This document shows positions 42,089 through 56,479 of a DNA stretch of 64,000 nt, piece by piece. Origin of the DNA: Eledone cirrhosa (taxonomy: Eukaryota). The position numbers and the translations under genes were made by a program. The notes beneath the pieces are model-generated. The model was not told the origin of the DNA, did no database searches, and saw only the letters and a list, made by a program, of their open reading frames with translations. The stretch spans positions 117,738,001 through 117,802,000 of the forward strand of contig OZ024743.1 in assembly GCA_964016885.1 (NCBI GenBank), read 5' to 3'. Numbering within the stretch: position 1 is the first letter of the stretch; each line of letters begins with the position of its first letter.

Positions 42089-42679
42089 GAGAAGTCTTTG
42101 GTTACCTTTCTTTAAATAATATTTTATGCTCTGTGGTATTGCTTATCTTCAAGCCGTGGCTATGTATATATATATATTACATACATATACATAGCCACGA
42201 TTCACAGCCACATATTTCTATCACTCAAATTGTAACCTAATTGTGCAGCAACGACACTTGTCCGTATTTAATCAAGATGACTTCTATCATCAAGAGTATT
42301 GTTTTTACTATTTTCATATTAACTCTAAGTCTGGCCACGTGTATTGAAATAACAAACATAATCAACAAAAATATCACGAATGAATTAAAGATAAAAAAGA
42401 AAAGCATAGTAATAACAATAGTAAAAAAAAAATCGTAGTAATGGAAATTATCACCATTTTGTTGTACATGCTATACTTGTGATAATTTATTTCCTCCATT
42501 CGTTCTAAATTCTTAAGACGTGTTTTCGGTTGTCACATTCCTATTTAGAATGTCCACACTTAATCAACGTCATTACCATCATCATAACCATCACCAACCA
42601 CCTCATTCCCATCAACATCATAAACATTATCTGCGTTACGACCAACATTCTCGTCGCCACCATGGTTATTATTATCGTT

Positions 42680-43205
42680 AGAGCGTCAGAGACCATGCTT
42701 TGCAGCATAGAATTATGGCCCTTTACGTTCTTAGTTCTAATCCCACTGAGGTTAACTTTGCCTTTCACCCTTACGAGGTCGATAAAATAAAGTACCAGTA
42801 ATTTGCTGAAATAATTGCTGACATTCTGCCAAAAGTAGAAAGAATAACTTTATTCTCCTCAACACCATCTTCTACATCGTCATCATTATATGGAGCAGCA
42901 GTATTCGCTTCACAATCATCACAATATTATTCACCATAATTGTTGTCATCACCATAGTCGTCATTGTTCTCTTAAAGATGATGAGTGTTGAGGTTGATGA
43001 TGATAAGGATGATCAAGATGATCATTATTATCTCTATTTGGCAGTATCGGTAGAGGGTCGGACGCCATGCTTTGACGCATCGAGTTACGGCCCTTACCAT
43101 TGTGAGTTCAAATCCCGCCGAGGTTAACTTTGCCTCTCATCCTTACGGGCTCGATAAAATAAAGTACCAGTAATGCACTGTGTAATTGCTGGCCTTGTGC
43201 CAACA
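42680..43205 (+). mobile_element. Two SINE copies (42680-42845, 43038-43205), Meta-domain-like family
   Basis: Same core as 37580. Confidence 0.75.
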
Positions 43206-43421
43206 TTATTAGCATTAACACAATTGTCATTGTTGTAGTTGCAAATTTGTTATAGACATTGACGTTGTCAGAATTACGGCTGTTGGTTTTGAATGAATGT
43301 AATGAAGCAGATGTCAGCTGTTTATCAAAAGAGATTGCATACCTCATTTTCTTCATGTACTTTATTTCCAACAACCCAAAATAGTTGATGTCAAATACAC
43401 ACACACACACACACACACACT

Positions 43422-43518
<97 letters not shown>

Positions 43519-43635
43519 ATATATTTATATATATATCTGTATATAGATATATATTTTTTAATACATATCTGTTTGTATGCGCTTGAGTGTATGTCCGTAT
43601 TTATGTGTCTATGCCTGTATATATATCTATATCTA

Positions 43636-43723
<88 letters not shown>

Positions 43724-44171
43724 CACACGTGCCTGTTGGTATACTTATACGTGCCTGTATACATGTATGTCAATATGTACAGCTCTACCTGTATGCTTAT
43801 TAATGTTTGTAAGTATGTGGTAGTGTGGGCTGAAAAGAATTCTCAGACAAAAGAATGAATGACGTCAAAAGGATAAGCGTAAAAAATAGCAGTAAGAAAG
43901 TAACATCTATCAAAATATACACATATTTTAAAAAATATAAATAAAACTTATTATATATATATATATATGTATGTGTGTGGCGGGTGGGTGTAAGAAATGA
44001 TAAAAAAATATATTAACAGATAACTGGAAAATATATATCTGATACAGAACAAATGCGCACACAAATGACGGATGTGACCCATAAAGAAAGAATGAAATGA
44101 AGCAATCCACTATTTTCAGTATTTACAATGATGAATTGCAATGTCTAAAAACTATATAAATATATATATAG

Positions 44172-44264
<93 letters not shown>

Positions 44265-44376
44265 TACACGTGTGTGTGTGTGTGCGTTTGCGTGTATATA
44301 TATATATATATATACATACATATATATATACATATAAAATAAATATATATATATATATGTGTGTGTGTGCGTGTGC

Positions 44377-44421
<45 letters not shown>

Positions 44422-44446
44422 TACATATATATACATATATATATAA

Positions 44447-44478
<32 letters not shown>

Positions 44479-44517
44479 ATGTATATATATATATATGTAT
44501 ATATATAGAGATAGATA

Positions 44518-44567
<50 letters not shown>

Positions 44568-45073
44568 GAGAGAGTGAGAGTGAGAGAGAGGGAGAAAGAG
44601 AGATGATAGATAAATAGATTTTTATATTCATACGTATGAGATGTGTGGGATGTGTGTGAGTATGGGTCTATGTGTGTGTGTGTATGATTGTATGTGCGTT
44701 GGTTTCTTTGTTTTTGTATATATGGGTAATTCTCGCCTGTTGGCCTCGAATTCTGTTTCTAATGGTGGATGTCGGTGACATTTTGCGCAACCTCAAATTT
44801 TTCTTGTGCTGCAAATTGTATTCTCTGATATATCGGTTGTTTCCGTATATCCTCGGCCCTTGTGCTGTGCTGCATCAATTAATCTCACATAATTTACAAA
44901 CCTTTGCTGTTGATGTAGCCATTAAATCGCCATGCAATGAAGTGGCCTTAAATGGTTGAAACCAGTTTCCTCATTGCATTAAACCGTATATATTTTATTC
45001 TAAAACGTTGCAAGACTATATTTTATTCTGTATAGTTTACCTATATGTATATATCACAGACACATACAAACAC

Positions 45074-45106
<33 letters not shown>

Positions 45107-45478
45107 CGTATCTGTTTCTGTCTGCGTGAGTGGTTGTGTGTGTGTGTGCATATTTGTATATATACGTTTTCCAGGTCATCAATAATGTTGGAAAGGGATG
45201 TGGAACTTGAACACAAACCGCAGAGTTCGGAACAAATAGACTGCAACTTTTAATCCGTTTTTCTAACGTGTTATCTCTCTCTCTTACAAATGATCCCTCC
45301 TAAATTTGGAAAAATGATGGTGGTAGGTCTCTAAGCTATGTTTTCTCGACTGTTTACCTACCGAAGAGACCGGTGGAGATCGGAATGTTCCGTTCTTTAT
45401 TAGTGAGGTGTTTATCACGTACCTAAGTATTTTGACTGCTTCTTTACACACACGTACACAAATACACATTGAAACCCT

Positions 45479-45518
<40 letters not shown>

Positions 45519-45598
45519 CATGTAAACATATATATATGTTATATATGTATATATACATATATCTATATATATATGTTATATATGTATATATACATATA

Positions 45599-45644
<46 letters not shown>

Positions 45645-45648
<4 letters not shown>

Positions 45649-45850
45649 GGAGGTGAGTTTTATTGTAGTACAATAAAGCAATGCAGATGTTTGATTTAAA
45701 ACTGCATTATTCACAAGTGTGTTTTAACCTTCATATCATGTCTCCCTATTTTATCTGACGAAAACGCAAATGTTATTGCATGATGATATTTGTTTTTGAA
45801 ATGCGCATAATAAAATAAATGGAACTCTTTTAACCATCTTTTGATCTTAT
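45645..45850 (+). mobile_element. Family C HHR element; HHR at 45747-45817
   Basis: tattttat-CTGACGA-aaacgcaaatg..tatttgttttt-GAAA-tgcgca-TA-ataaaata; (TA)n flanks. Confidence 0.8.
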
Positions 45851-45855
45851 TATAG

Positions 45856-45944
<89 letters not shown>

Positions 45945-46454
45945 GATCCGCTATGGTGAAACAATTGTTCTCAGTATGGTGAACTAACTGTAGTGTAACC
46001 ACTTCTATATATATATATACAAATCTATCATTGCAATTTCCTAAATTTGAGGTAGGATCGCGATTTGTTTCAGGTATGTACAATAACTACGAATAAAGCA
46101 TTATGAAAGGTGCATAGTGGAAATATAAAAATATAACTACAAACATACGGAAATTAAATGGATGTGAGGTCGCAAATACATGTTATTTTCGAATCTCGTT
46201 AAACTACGGTCAAAGGAGTAGAGAAAAAATATATCTACAGGTATAGGTCCTATTAAGGCAGAAAACAGAAGGGATAATACGTTGTATGAACCTTTATATG
46301 AATGTATTTTTGATCATGTTTATCATACAGCAAATAAACACTAACAGATTTTAAATTAAAGTTAACATATTATATGTATACTTATATATAGATTGCTAAT
46401 CAATTCAAATCCGTAAAGCTTTCATTATCTATATATATATATAAGGGCGGAAGA

Positions 46455-46935
46455 TTGGCAGTATCGGTAGAGGGTCGGACGCCATGCTTTGACACATTGA
46501 GTTACGGCCCTTCCCATTCTGAGTTCAAATCACGCCGAGGTTAACTTTGCCTTTCATCCTTATGGGGTCGATAAAATAAAGTACCAGTAATACACTGGGT
46601 AATTGCTAGTCTTGTGCCAAAAGTAGAAACAATTATCTATATATATATATGAGTTCAAATCCCGCCGAGGTTAACTTTGCCTTTCATCCTTATGGGGTCG
46701 ATAAAATAAGTACCAGTAATCTACTTGGTAATTGCTGGCGTTGTGCCAAAAGTAGAAACAATTATCTATATATATAAAGAGTTACGGCCTTACGCATAGA
46801 GTTACAACCCTTGCCATTCTGAGTTCAAATCCCGCCAAGTTTAACTTTGCCTTTCATCCTTACGGGGTCGATAAAATAAAGTACCAGTAATGTACTGGAT
46901 AAATTCTGGCCTTGTGCCAATAGTAGAAACAATTT
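46455..46935 (+). mobile_element. Three tandem SINE copies
   Basis: Core repeated at ~46520, ~46651 and ~46821; each copy ends aatt(a/t)tctatatata. Confidence 0.8.
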
Positions 46936-49900
46936 TCTATATATATAAAACAGATGTCTGTCTGTATGTGTAACCGCATGCTCTTCTACATTGTACATCT
47001 GATTTGTACAAAATTTCATACATAGGTTTGTGAAGTCCAACTACGTGCTGTAGGCTATTCTATTTTTCCGTACATCGATTGTGCCTCTCACCGCTCCAGG
47101 GGCAGATAACCACCTTAAGTCTCTCGCTTGGAGTCAGCAGGACTACTGCATATAGGCCCCATAATTCTGCCGCCCATCTTTACCAAAATTAATCTTTTGT
47201 TTGCTTATGGCCTACAAATAAATTTGCAGGCATGCACTTGCGCAGAAATTCAGGTAGGGGATCCCTTGGGGGGCAGTAAACCGACTTGATGAATGTTGAA
47301 GTTGATATCACCAATGCAACAAAACGTCATAACTGCTTGAGTTGGTGTTTGGTTTTCACGAAGCGAGACGTATTGGTTACTCATGGCTTATAAAGGAAGG
47401 TGAACACAAGAACTTTCACTTGAACTTATCAAGGGGACACCTGGGGGGGGGGGGGGTAGTAAGTCCCTTCGACTTATCTATTGAAGTTCACATTAACACT
47501 GTATTAGTACCTGATAAATGTTGAAGTTTACGTTCGATTTTAACTTGACCGGACACATTGATTACCCATCGCCTAAAGATGGTGTTCAAGACACTGTCTA
47601 TACCCGGAACAAGCAAGAGGACCCCCAGGGGGCAGTAAGCCCCGGCGAGTCATTTATTGAATTTTGTTATTGTAATGCAGCAAAGCGTCATATCTTCGAT
47701 AATTGGTAGTCCAATAAAACGAATTTCGACTTAGTTGTTATCCATGTACTACAGATGAAGATACAGTGAGGCACATTTACTTGTATTTCAATTCAGCAGA
47801 AGGACCCACTCGAGGACAATGAGCCCAATTCATTAACCTATAAAAGTTCAAACTGCCACAATAAAAAACCACCATAACCTCGGTAGTTTATACTTGATTC
47901 TTACAACAACTAAACTAAATGGTTATTGGCTGCCATAAGATAAAGTATCACACATTCGTTATCACTTGAATTTTGCAAGGGAACACCCTGGGAAGGACAG
48001 TGAGCCCATTTGGACCACTTTTAAAGTTCATATTATGGTTGCAGCAAAGCATTTCAACTTCTGGAAATAAAAGTCAATTTAAACGAAAGTTGACGCATCG
48101 GTTACTCATGTCATACAAATGGAGTAGCGAATTTTTAAATGCCCCTGACTTAACTTAATTTGTTTAGTTAATTTTAGGATGATTGAATTAAATTTTGCAC
48201 CCGGTTGTCTCCCCCTGGTAATTGCAGCACAATTAAGTACGGAATGGGAAGTTACATTTTTTTTCCATGAACTTTGGCGTCATTTCACACTCCTAACCAA
48301 GAAAGCGGGATTTAACACCGGTGTAAACTTTAACGCCTACTGTATGAGAATTGTGCTATTTCACACTCATGCCTAAACTGTGCGAATCATTGATTAGTTT
48401 TTGTACCCGGTTGTCTGCCCCGTTCAATTGCACCTCAATTAAGTGCGAAATGGCGACCGCTGGCCAACCACACATTAGTGAATTGTGTTCAGTAGATTTC
48501 CATACACTTATTTGTATTATGTAACTAATCAGAAAACTCGTGTGTTGTTCATTGAGCGAAATCACTCCTATTTATATTGGTCAGGTCCGACCTAGGATCA
48601 CACTCCTTTTGGGGCTTTTGACAAGTGGTAGGTTTTAAGCTACCCCATGTTTCTGAAACGCATGCTTCTTCAACATTTGTCACCTTAAAGGAGGTTTAGT
48701 TAATGTGTTTATCGCCATAAGGTTCCAGTTTATCATGCTGTGATTTTTCGGCCATTTTTACCTGTATCCTTTCAATGGTTACTACTTACTTATGTTCGAA
48801 CTGAACAAACATACTGACACTTATATACCTACCACTGTAGCCACACTATTTAAGATTTTGCCGCGACTGCTGCTGCTCGCGCTCGAGAGGATGAAGGACG
48901 ACGTGCCGTTCGAAGAAGCAGGAACACCACTGCAACAGCTGCTGCTCACGCTCGAGAGGATGAAGGACGACGCGCCGTTCGACGAATCAGGGACGCTGCT
49001 GCCACTGCTGCTGCACGAAATACTGAAGTCATAGAGCAACGACTTGGCCGACTTCTGCAAAGTGAACAGTGGCGATCATCGTTATGTGGAATTTCTTGGA
49101 CTTGCAATTCACGGTGGCTGTTGAAGGCCTTTAACTACGACCCCTCCTCCGACTACGCTGTGCTTGCCTGGAAACCTGTACGTCTACAAGTCCCTTGACT
49201 CTATGATTGATCCGGACGAAGTTGTTAATTACCCCACAGATATTCTTAATTCTCTAGACCCTCCCGGATTGCCACCACACTTACTGCGACTTAAGAGAGG
49301 TGCCTCTGTCATGCTCCTCGGGAATTTGGAACCCCGAATGCTTTCCAACGGCACGCGTCTGGTCGTCCAAAAGGCGATGCCTCGTGCTATTGAGGCAACA
49401 ATACTTACAGGGTGTGGTAAGGGGGATACTGTCTTCATACCAAGGATACCTCTCATTCCATCCGGTAAAGACATTCCTTTCACATTCAGAAGGCTGCAAT
49501 TCGCTCTCCGGCTCAGTTTCGCCATGTCGATTAACAAATCCCAGGGTCAGATGCTGACAGTCGTAGGGCTTAATTTAGAAGAACCGTGCTTCTCCCATGG
49601 TCAACTATATGTTGGCTGCTCTCGAGTGGAGAGCCGACGTAACCTATTTTGCTTTTGCAACACGGGAGAAAACCCAAAATATAGTCTATAAGGAAGTTTT
49701 GTAGGCACCCCATCCGCCAACAAGTAATCGCTGTTTTTTTTTTATATGTGTTTACATTTGCTGTATCCGTGTGCTATTTTTGTCCCTTTGAGGATACCAT
49801 GTACGCCTCTGAGGTTCCTTTTGCTATAGGTTATAAATGTTATATGTCTCCGTTTTCCGCATTTATATGTTACTATTACGCTTTGCTTTCGATGTTCCGT

Positions 49901-50367
49901 AGTTTTAACATAATTAATCTACTTTTCCCTACATCTTATTTACATATTCCAGCGTGATCTTGCCAAGGCCGCTTTTGTGGCCACCGACTGTTACATGCTT
50001 TTCTAGGTTACAATCTCAAGTAACAAGCAAAGCAAATACGACACACCAACGTGTTGTGAAGGACTTCTTCAGGGCCACCACCTCTAATCGGAGTCGTCTT
50101 TGCTGACAGCTCTGCCGCTAGGGCTTTTAAGATTGAACGATCCAAGGCTCTGTTTAGAGCCGCCAACCTTAAATTGTTACCATCGGATTCGTCTTTGCTG
50201 GCAGCACAGCCGCTGAGATATTTCAAAGTGAACGTTAAAAGTTCCTCTTCAGGGCCACCAACATTAAATTGTTACTTCTATAGTCGAGTTTAACGGAAGT
50301 CTTTCAGTTCATTTGAACGACAACTCTATTGAGAGTTATATCGGGCAACGGCGGATACCTCTGTTAG
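46936..50367 (+). mobile_element. Internally deleted Helitron
   Basis: 5' TCtatatatataaaacagatgtctgtc; 3' cgggcaacggcggatacctctgTTAG-t; contains a PIF1 helicase fragment. Confidence 0.75.
49164..49691 (+). pseudogene. Helitron Rep/Hel PIF1-type helicase C-terminal fragment
   Basis: LNSLDPPGLPPHLLRLK..LSNGTRLVV..FIPRIPL..FRRLQF..FAMSINKSQGQ..FSHGQLYVGCSRV. Confidence 0.9.
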
Positions 50368-50634
50368 TATGTAAATAAAACATCATAAAAAATGATGCAT
50401 TTACAAAATCTGTACAGAAGAAATATTTGACTACTCTGGTCCACTACTGTAGTAAGTAAGCGTCTGCCGAATGAAGAATCTGGAACTATATGTATAGTGT
50501 GTGCATAGCGGTTACTGAGATAGGCGTAATATGAGAGCTTAGTATATTCATAAAATGCTTATATGTATGCATATTTCACAGACAAATATTGTTTCCATAT
50601 ACATCTCTATTCTAAATCTCAGTGTATTAATACT

Positions 50635-50705
<71 letters not shown>

Positions 50706-50714
<9 letters not shown>

Positions 50715-51244
50715 TAAACAAATAATGAATAAACAATTCCTTATATTAAACAAAAAAAGTTCATTATTTAACGATCGTTTCTAGGATATATATGTGTTAG
50801 AGTTGGCATGCATATTCAACAGATCTATGTACAAAATTATACAAAATTATACAAACTATCAAGATTAAATATACATACCAACACATATATACGCCGTCTT
50901 CAGAAATTATTTCTGAAGACGGCGTATATATGTGTTGGTATGTATATTTAATCTTGATAGTTTGTATAATTTTGTATAATTTTGTACATAGATCTGTTGA
51001 ATATGCATGCCAACTCTAACACATATATATCCTAGAAACGATCGTTAAATAATGAACTTTTTTTGTTTAATATAAGGAATTGTTTATTCATTATTTGTTT
51101 AATATTTTATCTTGACTCTGTATACCGTTTATCTTTCACCGAAAGTGATTTTTCATTACATTTCTTCTTTCCATGATATCCGGAATACATTGAGTTCTTC
51201 ATACGGATTGGACACTACCGTAAACTCTTGGTAGATTTATCTAC
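50706..51244. mobile_element. Family D perfect palindrome (~200-bp arms, centre ~50908) plus tail; HHR at 50908-51051
   Basis: tattt-CTGAAGA-[115 nt]-GAAA-cgatcg-TT-aaata; (TA)n flanks. Confidence 0.8.
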
Positions 51245-51475
51245 ATATATATATATATATATTGTTATACTTGGGGAGGGTCATATTTCCGTAATATTGC
51301 CAGAATTAATAACAGAACACACTCACTGTTTGGTTGGTTTTCGCTTCTCGCGAATGTATATATGTATGTATATATATATATATAGTGAAAGAGTGAAGAA
51401 TAAAATGGTCAACAGTACAATAATGCTTTTATTTACAGTATTAACAATTGTTTCATTGATTAAGTTATATAAAAA

Positions 51476-52113
51476 ATTTGAAAAGCATAAGAACTCTGAA
51501 GTAAATAAATAAATATTCTTAAAAGACTGCAGTTGCATTTTAATTTTAATTTTCCGTATATATATATATATAAAACGAAGGAATTGTGGTAAGGACCCAG
51601 ATGGACCATAGCGCAACAGAGTACTCAATACTTAGGGTAGTAGAGTAGGTAATAGGAAAAAGTATGACCCCGGCGGCAGAGCTCAAGCCGTTTCGACGGC
51701 TATTTCTGGACTCAGTAGTCCAGAAATAGCCGTCGAAACGGCTTGTGCTCTGCCGTCGGGGTCATACATTTTCCTGCATATATATATATATATATATATA
51801 TAGGAACGAGTAGGACCCCGTCGGCTGAGCTCAAGCCGTTTCGACGGCTAATTCTGGACTAAAATGATAATTTTTAGTCCAGAATTAGCCGTCTAAACGG
51901 CTTGAGCTCAGCCGTCGGGGTCTTACTCGTTCCTATTACCCACTCTACTACCCTAAGTATTGAGTAATTTGGTGCGTTATGGTCCATCTGGTTCCTTACC
52001 ACATTTCCTTCGTTATATATATATATATATATACGGAAACTTAAAATTAAAATGCAACTGCAGTCTTTTAAGAATATTTATTTATTAACTTCAGAGTTCT
52101 TATGCTTTTCAAA
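51476..52113. mobile_element. Nested inverted structure: outer IR (51476-51560 / 52030-52113) enclosing two divergently oriented family E elements (51574-51775, 51801-52015)
   Basis: The outer arm aaagcataagaactctgaag..gactgcagttgcatttt is reverse-complemented at 52030-52113; all junctions are (TA)n. Confidence 0.75.
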
Positions 52114-52284
52114 AGTAAAATTGAGATGGAGGGTTTGTGTTTCTGTTGTGGTAAAGTAAATAAATAAATATTCTTAAAATACTCCAGTCGCATTTTCAAT
52201 TTCTTTTTCTTATACTTTCACCCGTGTAGGGTATCTCGTTGTTTTTCCTTTTGTTTTGTTTTTTTAAACAACCCTCATTTTCTT

Positions 52285-52317
<33 letters not shown>

Positions 52318-53833
52318 ATGTAGGAGGTGAGTTTTATTGTAGTACAATATAGCAATGCAGATATCGGATAAGAAGCACTCTACAGTTTGTAGGACTGGAG
52401 TATACATAATATATAAGATCAAAAGATGGTTAAATGAGTTCCATGTATTTTATTTTGCGCATTTCAAAAACAAATATCATCATGCAATAACATTTGTGTT
52501 TTCATCAGATAAAATAGGAGGACATGATATGAAGGTTAAAAAACACTTCTGGATAGTGCAGTTTTAAATCAACATATGAAAAGTAGTTTTAGATTGATGT
52601 GTCATATTGGGAAAAAAAATTTGAGGGAGGGGGGAGGTTGGAAAGGATGAAAAAGAGGAGGAGATGAGAGTAAAAAGTGGAGGGGGAGGAGTATAGTGAG
52701 GAAGGATGAGATAGGAGGAGAGATGGGTGATAGAGAGAGAGAGAGATAGCTTTTATAACTGAGAAAAATATATTGTTTTACATAGAGAGGTTGAAAAAAC
52801 CGTTGGAAGATAATGTATAATTTAAAAGAATTTGAAAATTAACGAAGAGAAAAATAATGTAAAGTTAAGGTTTGTATATTGAAGGGTTTAATAATATGTG
52901 CGATGAAAAGAAATTGTTAATATGTATTAAGAATAATATTTTAAGTTATTTATTATATTTATTATATTCTACAATCACTCCTAATTTCTGACCCCTAATC
53001 TGTACCTTTTCTCACTGTGCCTAACATAGAAACAATTATCACACAATACACCATATTCTTACTTCATATCACCTTGAAAAAATCCTTCGTAAACATAAAC
53101 ATTTTTTGACGTTAGATTATTCATCCTCTATTCATAATTTTTTCTCCCTTTCATCTAACTTATTCATGCTCATCTCACAATATATCCTTACTTACATTAC
53201 TTCTGTTTTTTAATAATACATATCAACATTTTCTTTCCATCGCACATATTATTAAACCCTTAAATATTATTCTTAATACATATTAACATTTTCTTTCCAT
53301 CGCACATATTATTAAACCCTTAAATGTTATTCTTAATACATATTAACAATTTCTTTTCATCGCACATATTATTAAACCCTTCAATATACAAACCTTAACT
53401 TTACATTATTTTTCTCTTCGTTAATTTTCAAATTCTTTTAATTTATACATTATCTTCCAACGGTTTTTTCAACCTCTCTATGTAAAACAATATATTTTTC
53501 TCAGTTATAACAGCTATCTCTCTCTCTCTCTATCACCCATCTCTCCTCCTATCTCATCCTTCCTCACTATACTCCTCCCCCTCCACTTTTTTACTCTCAT
53601 GTCCTCCTCTTTTTCATCCTCCCCCCCCCTCAAATTTTTTTTCCAAATATCACACATCAATCTAAAACTACTTTTCATATGTTGATTTAAAACTGCACTA
53701 TCCACAAGTGTTTTTTAACCTTCATATCATGTCCTATTTTATCTGATGAAAACACAAATGTTATTGCATGATGATATTTGTTTTTGAAATGCGCATAATA
53801 AAATACATGGAACTCATTTAACCATCTTTTGAT

Positions 53834-53838
<5 letters not shown>
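52318..53838. mobile_element. Family C long fold-back element with HHRs at 53735-53805 (+) and 52445-52516 (-)
   Basis: Arms ~52412-52940 and ~53327-53838. tattttat-CTGATGA...GAAA-tgcgca-TA-ataaaata. Three 60-bp tandem repeats at ~53210-53385. Confidence 0.8.
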
Positions 53839-53874
<36 letters not shown>

Positions 53875-56205
53875 CATATATATATATTTATTATATTATA
53901 TATATATATATATTTATGTATATACATGTGTGCGTGTGACTGTGTATGTCTATGTGCGTATGCCAGCGTGTCTGTGTGTTGTTACTATTGACATTGTATT
54001 TATGTATTGCTTACATGTGTTTGCTATTGTGTCTGTACGTCTATATATGTTTTCATATCAGTTCACGTCATCTGTTATGTAAACCTTTGCATAGTCATAT
54101 ATCAACCTAATAATTGTTATTTCGAAATAAGCATTTTCTAAAGAATATCAAATATGACGTTTACAAAAATCCTAAACAATTCCTCTAAATATTCCAGTCT
54201 GTGTAATCTTCCAATCTACGAATTTTCTTGATGTATATAAAATACAAAGAAACAACAATCATCTTCAAGGTCGCAGGTGATAGTATCTTTTATAGAAAAG
54301 GAAAGCTTCGGAAAAATAATTACTTAAGAATGATAAATTCCTTTGATTCCGCTGTCAGACTAGAGGTATTTCCACCGTCAGTTAATTTGGTCATGATCCT
54401 CATAACTATCATTTCAAAGCCTTTTCACACTTCATTTGTATATATATATATTTATATATTTAGTAGTTTTAAAATGTCTTGATGTTTTTCTTTGTTTTTT
54501 TTTCGATACTTTCATTTTTTCTAATCTTGTGGTATTTGTCTGACATCTGTTTCCCAATTCAATCCTTGCTTTTCGTTATAAAACATGCATTTGTAAAGTA
54601 TGTTTTTCCAGTGATAGATGAATGATGCTCTAATATCTCTAATGAACATCTTCATTTTTGTCTGTCATACGCAAATAACACCAATGAAATGTCTTTATTC
54701 CTCAAATTAAAATTGCATTGCTGAAAAATCTTGTTTCAAGTCTCAAAATTCTGTATAATAAATACCACGAGTGGGAGATGCGTAAGGTTTCTTAGCTTAA
54801 AACATTTCTCAAAACATTCAGTACACCATCCTATATACAAAACTTCATTTATGAGACTTGGAGATGAAGAGTATTCCATATGATCTCGCTACCAGTAGAT
54901 AACGAGATCCACTCTAGCTGAATCTAATCCTCAACACATTTTCAATTTGCAGTTGATAACAAATCACTCTTTCAGAAATACGCGGACATGTGGGTGTATG
55001 TGAGTTTGCATGTACATACATGTGCGCCCTCGCGTGTTTGTATGACGTGTGTGTATTTATGTGCGTTACCCTGATTGATTTGTTCTAGCCTGAACTTTAT
55101 CCCTTAGTGCAGAGTAGATATTAATTGTGTATTTGCGCATATGTGTCCATAAATAATTTTGGAGCTAAGATCTGTATTCGAAGCGATAAAGCCGAACAGT
55201 GAATGTGTCTTTGTTTTGGGTCTATAGATTTGTCCTATCAGCCAGGATAGATTACGGGTTTGAAATGCAATTTGAGAGAGAAATCTGCAGACATGATTTT
55301 GCGGTTGAGAAACCTCTGCCTAGCAAAGAGTATCTCTAAGGCTTTAGCGAAATATTTAATTAAGCCGATACAGGGTGTATATGAAATGACAAATAATAGA
55401 GCTATTTGTCAAAAAACATGCGTGAGTCTCACTATGAAATCTTTAAAAGCTATGATCATATCACAGCTATCTCAATTGCGTTGAGCATGCCAGACAGCTG
55501 TTTCTCAATTTTTATCCCTCATCAAGTATATATGTATGTATGTATGCCACATCACTCAGATTAAAGCAGACGAGCAACCTACCTGTACACAGTGTGGTAT
55601 GACATTCAAGAAGACAACAACGGCAGCAATATCAAAAATACGCCTTTGAAAATATGTTTCTCTTTGTTCTAAGTGTCCGCACTCGGAAAAGTGTGGGCTT
55701 CCACTATGTATGTATGTATGTATGTATGCATCGCTGTGTACATACATATCGGTTTACAAATATCTGCGCCATTTATTTATTTCCTTCTCTTTCTCTCTCT
55801 CCCCTTCTCTCTCTCTATCAACATGTAGATCTGTTCTTTCTCTCACTGCCCATTGTCACCCAACTTCTCCTTTATACAACCTGAGTGAGGTCAATATCTT
55901 CAATTAACCAATATAAAATATTTGTCTTATTTCTATTCACCTGACACTACTGCACGTTGCTCTATGCTACCTGACATACAAGTAGAGATAGCAGTTAATT
56001 GTTAGTATCACTAAAATATAGTATGAAAAGTCTTCCTTAGATGCGTTATGGGCTTCCATTTTTTTAGTTACTCCAATATAGAAGCCAATGGAGTGATATT
56101 ACTGTGGCACTATTTTATTTCAGTTGTGTTATTGTGTAAAGGGTCCAACAATAGACTCCTCAGCCAACCGAACAGCATATAAGCACATATATTCAAACAA
56201 ACATG

Positions 56206-56296
<91 letters not shown>

Positions 56297-56304
56297 TTGT
56301 GTGG

Positions 56305-56353
<49 letters not shown>

Positions 56354-56479
56354 TGTGTGTATGTGTGTGTGTGTCTGTGTGTGTGTCTGTGTGTGTGTCT
56401 GTGTGTGTGTCTGTGTGTGTATAACGTTGAAAGAAATAAAAGGCTAAACAATGCAAAATGGACTGTAGTGTGAGGTAAC

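Noticed and set aside
49164-49691. Host PIF1 helicase gene
   Set aside because: An intronless partial domain inside Helitron termini; transposon-derived.
55368-55700. Tc1/mariner-like end (tacagggtgt...)
   Set aside because: No matching second TIR or convincing transposase motif found.
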